Assembly: GCF_001194135.2 (NCBI RefSeq)
Contig: NC_068984.1
Coordinates: 88,398,142-88,439,471, forward strand
Source of the DNA: Octopus bimaculoides
Lineage: Eukaryota
Direction of reading: 5' to 3'
Length of the DNA stretch: 41,330 bases
A model generated the notes under the pieces. That model worked only from the letters and a program-made list of their open reading frames with translations, was not told the origin of the DNA and ran no database searches. The translations under genes and the position numbers were made by a program. This document shows, in pieces, positions 11,858 through 24,720 of the stretch (the first letter of the stretch is position 1; every line of letters begins with the position of its first letter).

Positions 11858-12526
11858 TATATACACAAACATTTTTTGCAAGAGGTAGCAGTTTGCATAT
11901 AAGCACTATAACCTTAGCCTAACCCTAAACCCTATGTCTTACACTGGTTCAAAAAAACTATCTGAAACAGAAAACCTGACAACTGAGTGCTGCTCTTATG
12001 GAAACAAATGGCAAGCACATGTTACCATTTGTTCCCATCATTGAACAGCTAACAACAGGGATGATTCCTAGTACTAGAAATACAAGGTTAGATTAGCCAC
12101 CAAATTTGAATGAAAAATAACATAAAACAATGTGTTCTGTAAAAATATATTTATTATCAGAAGCAAATACAAAGGATGAATAATACATACATATATACAC
12201 ATATACATCAGTGTATAATGCAATCTTTTAGTCTTAAAACATCTTAAATTATGGTGTCGTCTAATACTCCAGGTATAAAAGATGAACTTCATGACCTGTA
12301 ATGTACTGCAGGAAATTTTTAGCTTGGCTATTGACTGACATGACTAACACATGTCTTAAAAACTAGATACATGCCCAGCCATCTTATACACCGGTACATA
12401 TGGTATATATATATATATATGAAAGTAGAGAGTGATACAGAGAATTGCTTTTGCAGAAAGAGATCTTTTGAAAGCAGAGTTATTTTATTTCAAGAGACAA
12501 GTGTTAAGCAATTTTANNNNNNNNNN

Positions 12527-12594
<68 letters not shown>

Positions 12595-13747
12595 TCTTAT
12601 TGATGATTATATATCTTTTTTTATCAAATTCTTTCATATTTCAACGCTATCATTATTAATCTCAAGACAAGAAATATTTTTGACATAGTTATAATTTGTA
12701 AAAATGGTAGGTTTTTTAAATTTCAGTTGGTCCTTTTCAAATGTTTCATAAACTATAACTAGGTCAATAAGATAGTCATATCAAGTTAACAATGTTTCTA
12801 GTCTTCTATGTAATCAAATGAGAAGTATGGGTGAAGGAGATCTGTCAGAGGTTTATGACTTATACATCAAATCCCTTTAAAAAAGGATTCCTTAAATTAA
12901 ACATTTCATTTTACAAAGGAAAAGTTTTAGTCCATATAGAAATAGAATAACTCTGTGTGTGTGTGTATATATATATACATACATATAATATTACACACAC
13001 ACACACATATGGGTTGTTTAATGTCTCATGATGACATAGGCTTCTAACCCTTTATAAATCTAACAGAGAAAAATAAAAGAAGAAAGAAGGAAGATCTTTC
13101 TTATATGAACTGAAAGAGAAAGAAATGAAATGCAATAAGTTCCATTACAGTGTAATGGCATTTAGAAATGGTTTCTGACTAATGTAAAATGAATGGATGA
13201 AGTCAATCCTAAACAACAAAATTTCTAATTGTAAAGCAACAATATGAAATATCTGAAGAGATTTAAAGGATTTCTCACAAACATTCATAAGAGATGAAAT
13301 ATAGAACTAAGACATGGATTCAATGAAAGTGAAGGAATTCTGATTGGAAATTGAAAAGAATATCATTGTATGACAAAGAATATATTTATTTCCCTCTATG
13401 AGCTCTGTTGAACCTAAATCTAATTTGCTTGAAGTATACAAATTCTTTAAATACCTAGACAGTGCTGCAACTGTATCCTGTTTTACACACTGCAGCTAGA
13501 TTCTCTCTGAAAGCACTTATGTCACAATAGTAACCTTGGAAACAAATCCAAGAAGTTGCTGTAACAGGAAATTATGGACTAAAAAAAACCCAGCCTCACA
13601 ATCAAAATATGTTTTTGATACAAGATTCTTTATCAAGGAAACATGAAAAAATCTTTAATGTATTTTGTATGTGATGTTGTTTATTGGTTAGTAATTTTGA
13701 ACAATTACATTGTGGTAGCATAATATTAGTTACTTATTAATTACTAA

Positions 13748-13885
13748 CATTGACACAAGGCCACATATTTCCAGAGAAGAAATATGGTCAATTTGGTTAA
13801 TGATATTATATTACTGGTACCTGTTTACTTGACCCAAGAAGGATAAATGACAAAATCAACTCAGGCAGTATTTGAAATCAAAACA
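13748..13885 (-). mobile_element. Old diverged Nin/Deu-like SINE copy
   Basis: CACAAGGCC...ACTGGTAC...GACCCAAGAAGGATAAATGACAAAATCAAC...ATTTGAA is colinear with the other copies. Confidence 0.55.
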
Positions 13886-15423
13886 AAGAGGCATAACTGA
13901 ATTGTCCATACCACTCCTCACGCTCATCATATTTTAATATCTTCACTGCAGTTTAAAGTTATGAAAGTCATCCTATCATCCATATTAATGAAATTTAACT
14001 TTATCTGTTTGGTTTCTTAAACTTTTTAAATCTCAAATGAATATATGATTTTTTTGTCATGCAAAAAAGCTTATGGAAAATGAAATTTAAAAAAAAAAAG
14101 GTATTCTAAATAACTCAGTCAACATTAATTAGGGGTGCACTAAGCAGTGTATGAAATATAGGTGTGTACAATCATATTTAACATGTTCATGTACACTGCA
14201 GAAATTCTCTCAAGAGAAGGAATTCTCCTTTTCAATCCACCATTTGGCTATGAATGATCTCACTGAAATGTAGGATGCATGTGGTTCTGCATCATTACAT
14301 CTCATCAGCTGCAGGTACAGAGTCATTGTTCCTAGCCACTAAGAACTTGTTCTTACATTAGAGTAACACATTTACATTTGCTGATGTAAGCAGAGTTTAT
14401 GTCAAGCTGGAATTAATTACTCAGAGGTGGACCAAGCAGGAATAAATGAAATATAGATGTGTACAATCATATTTAACAAGTTTGTGTACACTCAGACCTA
14501 GTCAGACATATGCTGCCCAATGGTTGTTTTTCACACATATTGTCTACAAGAATTTCTTTCTTTCCAGACATTTTCTGCTATGTATGTCTTTCTTTATCCA
14601 AGTGTACACAGATATTACATATGACTGTACACACCTACAATTCAGTCAACAGCTGCTATCCCTAATCCAGTCCAGATTGAGCAGCCCTCTGATCATTATT
14701 GTCCTGTCACTGATAGGAATGTATTTAAATGTACACTTTAAGATGACATGATGTGATTTAAGGGAGATTTGGTTGCTATTACTAGCAGGTCCAGCTACTA
14801 CATAAAGGCTGTCTTGGTTCTTTCAACTGTTGGTGAGAAGCATTAATCTAAATACACAAAAGAACTATATGAAAAAATCACAGGTTATTATGTCATTAAA
14901 TATAAATCTAAAATGAACCATTGTATATATTATATATAATGCTGAATTTTCAGGTTAGAAATTTAAGTCAGTAGTATAAAAAAATCATTGTCTTAAATGA
15001 CATTTTTTGTTATTTTTTTGGGGTCCAAATTTAAAGAAACAAAAGTAAAAGTATTTAAAACGACATCTTTATAAGTTATTTTTAACTTATTCTAATTTCA
15101 AACATCAAGTAAAGAGATCAACAGCAGAACCACAATACATCTAAAGGTTATTTGGGAAGCTTATTTTTTTCATATGAAAGTTAATAATTTATAGTTGCTG
15201 TTAAATCTTCATCCATAGAATTATTAATGTATTTCATTTTTCTTTTTGTGTGTAATGGAAACTTGTATAGAAATGTAGTTTACAGTATAACAGGATCGAC
15301 TGCTTCAACTTAGACATCAGCTTTGTCAGATACCAATGTAGAATAATACATGATGCAAAGAAGAATTTTGCCCATAGGTGTGTAAAAGAGTGAGATATCA
15401 TGGTTTGGTTTTTCTCCTCATAC

Positions 15424-15509
15424 TTCATAGACATTCAGTTTGGCACATAAATCAGGTGCTGAAGTTATGATTGGTTTTGAAGGAGATGAAGGAACTAGCC
15501 TTGGTACAT
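15424..15509 (-). CDS. Candidate internal exon (VPRLVPSSPSKPIITSAPDLCAKLNVYE)
   Basis: TGCAG| acceptor after (ATT)n, GAA|GTATGA donor, 86 nt open in one frame. No homology recognised. Confidence 0.2.
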
Positions 15510-15534
15510 CTGCAATAATAATAATAATAATGAC

Positions 15535-15574
<40 letters not shown>

Positions 15575-15775
15575 TTAAAACAACAACAACAACAATAATA
15601 ATTCTTTAGAATCTTTGTGGTTTATATCATTGTTTACAATTTTGCTTCAATTGTTTTCAAATTTGGTATATGGATTAAATTTTGTATACCAATTATGAAA
15701 ATGAAATTCATTTTTCCTATAAATCCCTAATTAAAAAGTTATTAGCCTTTAAAATTTTCAAAATTTGGGTATTTT

Positions 15776-15899
15776 AGCCAATCAGAAGCAAGTATTTTAG
15801 ACATTACCATGACGAAGAAATCTGTTTCTATAGTAACCAAGGCAAAGAAGCACTACATGTTCCATAGCTGATTGCAAAGAACTCTGTTTCCATAGTAAC
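15776..15899. promoter_or_regulatory. CCAAT box plus two RFX X-box motifs
   Basis: AGCCAATCAG (15776-15785); GTTTCTATAGTAAC (15824-15837) and GTTTCCATAGTAAC (15886-15899) both fit GTHNYYATRRNAAC exactly. Confidence 0.4.
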
Positions 15900-16136
15900 C
15901 AAAGATGCTGTGCATGCACACAAGGAGTGTAACCACCACTTGTTCTATCATTGTTTTCATAACAGATGAGACTCACACTCAACAAATTGAAAGTACCTGG
16001 GTATGGTTGACTCTTATATTTGTGAATTTATGTGGAGAAGGAGATATGAGAAAGATAATTTATTTTATAAAATCATAGAGTGTATTGCGAATTTTCATTC
16101 TTGAATTTCTTTAAATAATAAATGTCTGTTTTAAAC

Positions 16137-16318
16137 AATGTTTTGACTGTTATTTCTAGCAAATCCTGTTGGTTTGTTTGTAGCTTTTAAATATTTAATT
16201 TGCTCGCGAATGTTTTAATATCAACTTTGCATGTGCATATTTTAATGTTTTGGCTGTTATTTCTAGCAACTCCTGTTGGTTTGTCTGTTCGTAGCTTTTA
16301 AATATTTAATTTGCTTGC
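16137..16318 (+). repeat. Direct repeat, ~72-bp unit, 107-bp period
   Basis: AATGTTTTG(A/G)CTGTTATTTCTAGCAA...TTTAATTTGCT at 16137 and 16244. Confidence 0.85.
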
Positions 16319-16561
16319 ATAGCTAGTTTAATGCCGATGCCAGACCCCGGCGTGATGATGGAAGATTGGCTGAAAGTTCTGAAAATTATCAAACTTTGAA
16401 CACCTGTAACATTTTTGCAAAATTTTTCTGGAATAAATGAATAACAAATTTGGATTCAGTGTCAAAAATTACATCTATATAATGCATTAAAAGAATTTTT
16501 AAAGATAATTGTAAACAGTGACAAAAACCACAAAGATCCATCCTTTCTGAAATTTTTTGCC

Positions 16562-16740
16562 GGGAGGAAGCTAGTTGATTACAGCGACCCCCAGGGTCTG
16601 ACTAGTACTTATTTCATTGACCCCCAAAAGGATGAAAGGTAAAGTTGATCTTGGTGGAATGTGAACCCTGAACATAAAGATAGACAAAATGCCACTAAGC
16701 ATTTTATCCAATATGCTAATGATTCTGCCAGCTAGCACAT

Positions 16741-16776
<36 letters not shown>

Positions 16777-16991
16777 CCTTTCTACTAAAGGCACAAGGCC
16801 TGAAATTTGGGGGAGGGGATTAATCGATTACATTGACCCCAGTGTGTAATAAGTGATACTTATTTAATTGACCACAAAAGGATGAAGGGCAAAGTTGACC
16901 TTGGCAGAATTTGAACTCAGAACATAGCGGTGGGCAAAATATTGCTAAGAATTTCGTCCAATGTGCTAATGATTCTGCCAGCTCATCACCT
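16562..16991 (-). mobile_element. Two tandem Nin/Deu-like SINEs (16562-16740, 16777-16991)
   Basis: Same head, core and tail as the 6287-6932 copies, separated and followed by (AAT)n. Confidence 0.85.
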
Positions 16992-16998
16992 AAATAAA

Positions 16999-17078
<80 letters not shown>

Positions 17079-17118
17079 NNNNNNNNNNNNNNNNNNNNNN
17101 NNNNNNNNNNNNNNNNNN

Positions 17119-17174
<56 letters not shown>

Positions 17175-17183
17175 ATAATAATA
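16992..17183. repeat. (AAT)n and (TAG)n microsatellites with N gap
   Basis: Directly visible trinucleotide runs. Confidence 0.95.
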
Positions 17184-17273
17184 AGAAGAAGATAGTTTTA
17201 TTTGCCATCAGGGTGAAGGATGAAGGAGACAGTTCAAAGACAGACACAACTTGTGGGGGTTTACATATAATGA

Positions 17274-17307
<34 letters not shown>

Positions 17308-17321
17308 GAGTCAAATTAAAA

Positions 17322-17409
17322 GAAGAGTGCCATTTGTTATCTAGTGAACAATATTTCAACATCTCGAGATGTTGAAATATTGTTCACTAGATAACAAATG
17401 GCACTCTTC
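17322..17409. repeat. Perfect 88-bp palindrome (44-bp arms, no spacer)
   Basis: GAAGAGTGCCATTTGTTATCTAGTGAACAATATTTCAACATCTC|GAGATGTTGAAATATTGTTCACTAGATAACAAATGGCACTCTTC, checked base by base. Confidence 0.95.
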
Positions 17410-17999
17410 AGGAGGAGTTACCTCAATCCTTTCNNNNNNNNNNNNNNNNNNNNNNNNNNNNNNNNNNNNNNNNNNNNNNNNNNNNNNNNNNNNNNNNNNN
17501 NNNNNNNNNNNNNNNNNNNNNNNNNNNNNNNNNNNNNNNNNNNNNNNNNNNNNNNNNNNNNNNNNNNNNNNNNNNNNNNNNNNNNNNNNNNNNNNNNNNN
17601 NNNNNNNNNNNNNNNNNNNNNNNNNNNNNNNNNNNNNNNNNNNNNNNNNNNNNNNNNNNNNNNNNNNNNNNNNNNNNNNNNNNNNNNNNNNNNNNNNNNN
17701 NNNNNNNNNNNNNNNNNNNNNNNNNNNNNNNNNNNNNNNNNNNNNNNNNNNNNNNNNNNNNNNNNNNNNNNNNNNNNNNNNNNNNNNNNNNNNNNNNNNN
17801 NNNNNNNNNNNNNNNNNNNNNNNNNNNNNNNNNNNNNNNNNNNNNNNNNNNNNNNNNNNNNNNNNNNNNNNNNNNNNNNNNNNNNNNNNNNNNNNNNNNN
17901 NNNNNNNNNNNNNNNNNNNNNNNNNNNNNNNNNNNNNNNNNNNNNNNNNNNNNNNNNNNNNNNNNNNNNNNNNNNNNNNNNNNNNNNNNNNNNNNNNNN

Positions 18000-18113
18000 C
18001 TGTAACTCAAAGGGGCCAGCCTTGTCATATTCTGTGTGAGGTTGAATCTCCCTGAGAACTACGTTAATGTTATGCATGTCTGTGGAGTACTCAACCATTT
18101 GTGAGTTAATTTT
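18000..18113 (+). mobile_element. 3' part of tRNA(Arg)-type SINE (family of 2379-2754)
   Basis: CAAAGGGGCCAGCCTTGTCA...GAATCTCCCTGAGAACTACGTTAA...GTCTGTGGAGTACTCAACCA matches the reverse complement of 2450-2560. Confidence 0.75.
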
Positions 18114-18529
18114 ATCCTCGTGTGGTAATGAAAAGTGAAAATGACATTCAATATTTGCTGTGTGTATGTATATATGTATGAACTTTTCTTTGGATTTATG
18201 TATCTACTGTCTCTCTCACTTGCTCTCTTTCTCTTTCACTTCCTTTGTGTCCCTCTTCTCTCCTGTTTTTGATTTAACAATGTGTATATGTATCTATGTA
18301 TCTACTTCTCTTGTGGTGTGATAAACATTTAAAAACACAAAACGAACGCCATCACCACTCACTTTCTCTCTCACTCTCTCACTTTCTCTCTCACTTTCTC
18401 TCTCACTCTCTCCTTCTCTCTTACTTCCCCTCTGTCCTCCTCTCTCTCACCTTGCCACTTCTTTGAAGTAAGTGTGATGCGCACAACAGGTATGTACAAA
18501 AACAAAAAGTTAGTGTATTAAAATTATTG

Positions 18530-21500
18530 ATAATAAAAAAGGAAGTATGCATGGTATACAATAGAACAAAGAAGGGAAGTAGACATAGTATACAACAGTA
18601 AAAGGAAAGAAGAAGTGGGGATAAAAGGATGATAGTATATCAAGAGGACCGCTAGGCATAATTGAGGAACTCCACTGTCGATGATCTCCCTGAACACCAA
18701 GAGCAAGTGCCCACTCCAGTTCTTTTTCTCTGACTCACAGGTCTTTACTTAGAGCAGTACCATTCACTTGTGCTATTTTCACAACTTCCACCTGCTTTTC
18801 AATAAATTCTTTCAAGCACAGCACTTCTCTCTCCACCTTCAGTTACCTCTTCAAGTGAAATGTGCAAAAATCAATGAGGGACTCTAGCAAAGAGGAATAT
18901 CTCTGTCCTCATGCCTTTCAACCTTGTTCAACAGACCTCTTTTGTCACAGCCACCAGTAAAGGAAAACTGCCTTGCTTTCCCAATTAAAGGAGAGTGATG
19001 GGGTAATCATCACTATGGACTCAGCTGACAGACAGATCTGTCCCACATGTGACAGCAGCTGTTCGACATATCTCCAGAAGTCAGCAATGCCTGGACATTG
19101 AACGAGTGTGTGTAGAACAGTTCTGTCCCTCTGCACACACCTTGCACAAGCCCATCTGGCAGCATATCTGTACCTGTAAAGTTTAGCATGAATCAGTAGA
19201 ACCCCTCAGCAGCACTGCCAGACCAAGGACATCTGAAATTATCTATGGTAGGCCCCAACCAGAAAGTCCTCCAGAACAGACTAGCCAGTTTATTTTTGTT
19301 GACACCCAGAGTCTCCTTGATAACGTTGTTGCACTTCACCATCACTAAGCCTCTATATATTGCTAAAGTGGAATATCCACCAAATCCCATTTCTCAACTG
19401 GTAGGGGACACTCTATGTAACAGGTGCCCTGTCTTGGTCTTTCCTTCATCCAGAACTGCAGCTCTGTCAAGGAGATGAACTGTGGAAAGATGTACTTCAC
19501 AAACAGGAGCCCACACATGTTCCCCATCCAGAAATCATTGTGGATAGCACAGCCTGAATGCCTGTGTGCACATTAGAAGCTATGGCATGCCTAAGCCACC
19601 ATGCAGGGGTTGCTGGCAGCAGACTGACTGCCTGACAATTGGAATGTGTTCTTTCCACAAGAAAATAAATATGAGATGCTCCAACCTGATCAAGCAGTAA
19701 CTGAGGCAGATACGATGGTTAGGCAATAAATGATGACACAAATGATGTAGGCATTCACCACCTCTACCTGACCTTTCATGGACAGCTACCTCTCTGCCCA
19801 TTTCTGGGTAAGAGTGTCTACCCTGTTTGTCACCTCACCACAGTTCTTATCTATCTAGAGGTTGGGACAAACCACATCTCAAGCAGTTCAACTGGTCCAT
19901 CAGTCCAGTGTCTAAAGATGCTGTCTGACAGCATTGATCTGCCTTTCCAAGTGCCCAGCCTCAAGCCCACTGACCTGTCAGTGTTGACTTTAGCCCCTGC
20001 AACTGACTCATATTCCTTTAGAATGGTACCGACTGTCTCTACTTTAGAGGTGCCCCATACCATGACAGTAGTGTCCACATATGGCAACACTGCTCTCCCA
20101 TGTCCCAGCTCGAAAAAGATGCTCCTCAACAGTTCCAACTTCCACAGCAGTGGCTTGAGAGCCAGCACATACAGAAGAAATGACAGTGGGAAGCCTTGAT
20201 GGACCATGTGTGTGATGTGAAACAATTTCAATAGCTAGCCTTTTACTTTGACCATCAAGCATGTGCCATTATGCATTGTAGCGATCCGGCCTCTGAAAAC
20301 AGGTTCAAAACCAGGTACTTTCAGGACAGCTTCTCAGTAGTGATGGTTGACCCTATCAAATGCATCGGACTGATCCAAATTGTTCAGGGCTCCAGCAAAA
20401 CCAGCTTTGGTCCCAGCCCTCTCTGTGGTGTATTACAAGGTGGAAGTTGTTGTGGATAGAGCTATTCAGGTTTGCACAGTTGCACTTAACCTGATACCGA
20501 TGACAAGCACCAACCTTTGTGTTAACACCTTGGCCAAAATCATAAACTCTTTAGCAGAATCATGGGCTGAAAATTCCCTAGCACGTCCCCATTGTTGGTG
20601 TCTTTGTGTTGCTCAACAGTGTCACCACACCACAACTAACAGGACTAAGAATTCTCCTGTTCTGCTGCCAGTTATGGCAGATGTCTGTCAAGAGGCCACC
20701 AAACAAATTTGGTATGAAGACATAGAATTCATAGAGCAGACCATCCAAACTGGGTGATCAATCACTCATTGCTTCTCGTATTTCAGTGGCAGTTATCAGC
20801 TTTTTGCAGAACCTTGTGTCCATTGCTGAGAGCTGCAGCAGGCTGTCCGGGTACAAACTAAAGTCTGGTACTGTCGTTGACCCACTGTTCTCCCTAAAGA
20901 GCTGTGTAAAGTGCTGCTGGAAAGTTGCAAACATCTGTTTGGAACCCAATTGTGGTTTTGTTGCCATGTTGAGTCTCCATTGTTCGGGCCCATTGGACAG
21001 CTTTAGATCTGTTGTGTTTCAGCAAACAGGCCTTAGCTCCAACAATGCAGCCTACATGTTTTGTCTCAAAGAAATGGTCAAGGGTCATTCTCACTACTAT
21101 CTCATCATTCGTAATGCATTTACTAATTGTCACTTCTAATTTGCTGACTAGTTCTCCCTCTAATCTATTTCTTTCTATTGTGAACTTTTTGCTTAAACTC
21201 TATTGATTCTACTCCCATTGTCCTCTTCAGGGTGATCCACCACCAGTTGCTGATGATTGTCCCCATCAACTGTTGCTTAATAAATTCACTAATCCACTTC
21301 CAAACTGAACCCAGACCCCAAATATTTACTCAGCCTACTCTAAATGTAGCCATTTAGATTAAAGAAAATGAAGTTATTTACCTTCTTTATGGGTGATTGT
21401 TGAAGCAACCTTCATTTTGGCTGAGTGAGGAATGGGGACAAGTTTTTCTAAGAAGCTTTTTTGGGGATACTTACAAAACCCTCCAATATCCTGGGAGAAT

Positions 21501-22505
21501 TTGTTTTTAATCTAGACATGTATTCATATCTGTTTGAATTAGCATTCTGTCTGATGGAGTTTTGGGGAAGGGCTTTCCCCATTTGTCAGAACGTTTTTGC
21601 TGTTAATTACTTCCTCTTTCAATTCAATGTTGCTCTTGCAAACAACAGTGAAGTTGAAGAAAGAAGTTACACAAGAGTGTGACAGTTGTTCATTTTGTTA
21701 TTCAGGTGTTTCTTTTTGTTTCTATGATTTTTTATTCGTTTGTGGTTGTGAAAGTGTTTGGAAAAGTTGATTTTCTTGTTGTGATGAAGGTTTTGATGTT
21801 GGTGTTGTTGTTTTTGGTATTTGGTTTTGTGATGGATTTTCTAAATGACTATCATGTCTTATGGCCTTCAATTTGGGTTGCCTTCTATTTATTTGTTTCA
21901 GTCTTCCTCTTATTGCAAACTCAGGTCTTTTGATGTGATTTTAACAGGCCTTCATCTCCTAATGAGGCCTTTGCTTTTGTGAAGCCTGAGTCAGAGAAAA
22001 GAGGTGGATGTGAGATAGTTGTAGAGCACTCACCTAATGCCTGAGGAAGGGACTTTTCTTTTGAAGTTAGTAATAACAGTGGAGAGTATTGTGATTTGTC
22101 CACCATGGGGCAAAAGGCTTTGAGGTTGTTAGTATTCCCAAATATGAAGCTTATGGGGTTTTCCATTTTATAAACACTGACATCTGCTCGCATTCCCCAA
22201 AACAACAATCAGGAATGCAATTTATTTCTTCTGGATAAACTAGTATTTGGAATTCAATAAGAATTCCAGTCCTGTTGAGCTGTAGGGTGGACTTCACCTC
22301 CACAATATCCCCATGCTCCCCCAGAATGGCTAAGACTCTTGTTGGATCACAGTGAATTGGTACATTCTTGACTTGAATTTGAGTAAATCTTTTACCCATA
22401 TAATGGGAAATGATAATAAAGGTCTGGGATGTGCAAGTAATTGTTGACATTCTTCTAGTGTTTTGCTTGATGCTGCATACAGTAGCTACCACTCTGTATT
22501 GTTTT
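18530..22505 (-). mobile_element. Tx1-like (L1 clade) LINE, degenerate: ORF1 remnant ~22500-21460, ORF2 remnant ~21350-18700
   Basis: ORF1 piece VKNVPIHCDPTRVLAILGEHGDIVEV...NTNNLKAFCP (zinc-knuckle remnant). ORF2 pieces MATFRVG*VNIWGLGS (APE start), DQSDAFDRVNH, QGFPLSFLLYVLALKPLL, LPYVDT (YADD-equivalent), FLWKEHIP...PLHGGLGMP. Many stops and frameshifts. Confidence 0.9.
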
Positions 22506-23199
22506 CCCTAATATCTGTGTGCATGCCTTATATTCATTTTTTGTTTTATTTCATTATAGTAAATGGATCTCCATTGATTTAGGCTATAAGTATTTAATTC
22601 GATCAGCCGATTACCTTCATTCCACAGACATTGTGAGTTTTTAATGTAATTTTCAAGCTGAATCTGTGTGACACAGTGTAAAGATGGACTTCCCACTTAC
22701 AAGTGCAATCCATTGGATGGGTTTCTTAGAGATTCCGTCAACCCAAGTCCAAAGTGATTCTGAAGTGAATTTTTTAACCATTTCCATACTCTGCTCTTAA
22801 TCATATCAAATATTGTACTATATCTAAGTTAGTCGACAAAATTCCATTGCATACAGATATGGTAGAATTGTGTCAGTGACCAGGTCGCAGATGTGAAGCG
22901 AAAGTGCTACTTTATAGGATATAATACTATTAGAGTATAAAACAAAAATTAATGCAATGGTATGTGTTTTTTAAATTACTGTAGTGACTAAAACGGTGTA
23001 AATATCAAAATCGTTGTTAAATAAATGGTAGTTATTTTTTGTCAGCACTGTATTTTTAACCAATATATTGCACGTGGTTCATAGAGGAATGGAGTAAATA
23101 GCTTATATATAGTCTAATGGCGGTTAACATTGTATAGCTAAGCCTGATAATGATAAATTTTGTCAAGAGAGACATGGGAGAAAACTCCAAAATCTATAC

Positions 23200-23228
23200 A
23201 TACATACATGATACATACATACATACAA

Positions 23229-23304
<76 letters not shown>

Positions 23305-23470
23305 GCACACACACACAAACACATATACATGCATACACATATACTTAGATGTACTTTATATAAATATATGTATACATACATATATACATATGTATATGTA
23401 TATGTGTGTGTGTGAGTGTATGTACATATATAATAAATACATATATACATACATACATACACATATATAA

Positions 23471-23514
<44 letters not shown>

Positions 23515-23565
23515 TATTTATATACAGATACGTATACACACACCCACACACACATGTAAACGTAA
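23200..23565. repeat. Compound (CA)n/(TA)n microsatellite
   Basis: Directly visible. Confidence 0.95.
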
Positions 23566-23851
23566 TACAAACAGCCAAATGGATACAGATAACAGCATTT
23601 ACAATCATTCCCACATTCCTACACCTTTGTAATTATGTAAACACACATATACACACAGATGTACTTATTCATTCAAAGAGACTTTATACATCAGTGTTCA
23701 CATACATACGTACTTAAGCATAAAGTAGGCTTGTTCAGGCAAGCAAGCAAAAGGATTAACGATATTTACAAAGATGCAGGCTGTTATCAATGAATTGAAA
23801 ATCACCTATTTATAAAGCAAATAAACACACACACACACACACACACAAGTC

Positions 23852-23990
23852 TGAATTTCTGAGATGAGGAAATATCGCTATTACACACTGACATATTCGA
23901 ACACGTGTTCTGATCTTTGTTATAATAACCATAACATTTTGGTAGTTGCACTCTCTCCGGCCTTCTTCAGGCGCTTGTCGTATTCGGTGA
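23852..23990 (-). mobile_element. Penelope-like terminal repeat with decayed hammerhead
   Basis: Minus strand CCTGAAGAAGGCCGGAGAG...CAACTACCAAAATGTT...GAATATGTCAGTG...CCTCATCTC is homologous to 40908-41045 and 24630-24720. Confidence 0.55.
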
Positions 23991-24466
23991 CGTTCCTGGA
24001 ATTTCGAACCCATGTTCTCATGAAGGGAATAACTAATAGGAGAATATAAACCTCCACCCCCATATCCTCATCCAAAACTCACACCTCATCCTCACATCCC
24101 CACACCCCAACACCATCACATCACACTTTACACCACCACACCACTCTACATCACTTAGCACATACTAGCACTGACCACTTCCCAGCACCCACACATTACA
24201 GCCGCGCGCGCGCGCACTCTCTCTCACACACACACACACACACACATCCTCACGTCAAAGTCACCAGCTCCTATCCACACGCACACATTTACACACGCTC
24301 ACATACACACACGTACGTGCACCTTCGTTTTGGGATCACCAGTACTTTATTATCTCCCCTTCTTCCTAGCTCTCCTGTCCAACTACTTTTGTCCAATTTA
24401 TCATCATGATTGACCGCTAAATCCACAAGCTTTAAAAAATTCTCTCTCTGTTTATTTCCTCGGGTT

Positions 24467-24541
24467 CCTTTCTATTGAAGAGCGTAGGCTCGAAACGTAA
24501 AAAACTTTCTCGCCTTCCCGAGCGTCAAATTAATACACCTG
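24467..24541 (+). mobile_element. Penelope-like terminal repeat with variant hammerhead motif
   Basis: CTTT-CTATTGA-A-GAGC(GTAG)GCTC-GAAA-CG-TA. Bases 24483-24541 recur inverted at 25755-25813 (4 mismatches in 59). Confidence 0.5.
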
Positions 24542-24629
24542 CTTGTAGTTTATATATATTGTTTGACTGAGTTTAGTAGTATAGATAGTAAGAGTGAGGT
24601 TAAACAATAAGTCCTTCGTGAAATAAATA

Positions 24630-24720
24630 AAACACAAGAAGAAAGCCGGAGGATACAACGGCCGAAAAGTTGTGATAATAACAACCAAAGTGAGAAGACA
24701 AATTAGAATATGTCTGTATG
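24630..24720 (+). mobile_element. Penelope-like terminal repeat, decayed
   Basis: GAAGAAAGCCGGAGGATACAACGGCCGAAAAGTTGTG...GAATATGTCTG aligns with 23852-23990(-). Confidence 0.5.

Noticed and set aside
11915-11935. CCTAACCCTAAACCCT telomere-like motif
   Set aside because: Only two or three degenerate units.
13527-13546. X-box-like GTAACCTTGGAAAC
   Set aside because: Imperfect match, in sequence that looks like a diverged interspersed repeat.
17369-18098. ORFs over 200 aa
   Set aside because: Almost entirely N gap.
22560-22632. Plus-strand candidate exon KWISIDLGYKYLIRSADYLHSTDI (discoidin/fucolectin-like W-x-x-x-DLG)
   Set aside because: Single short motif that overlaps the end of the Tx1 region, with no supporting exons found.
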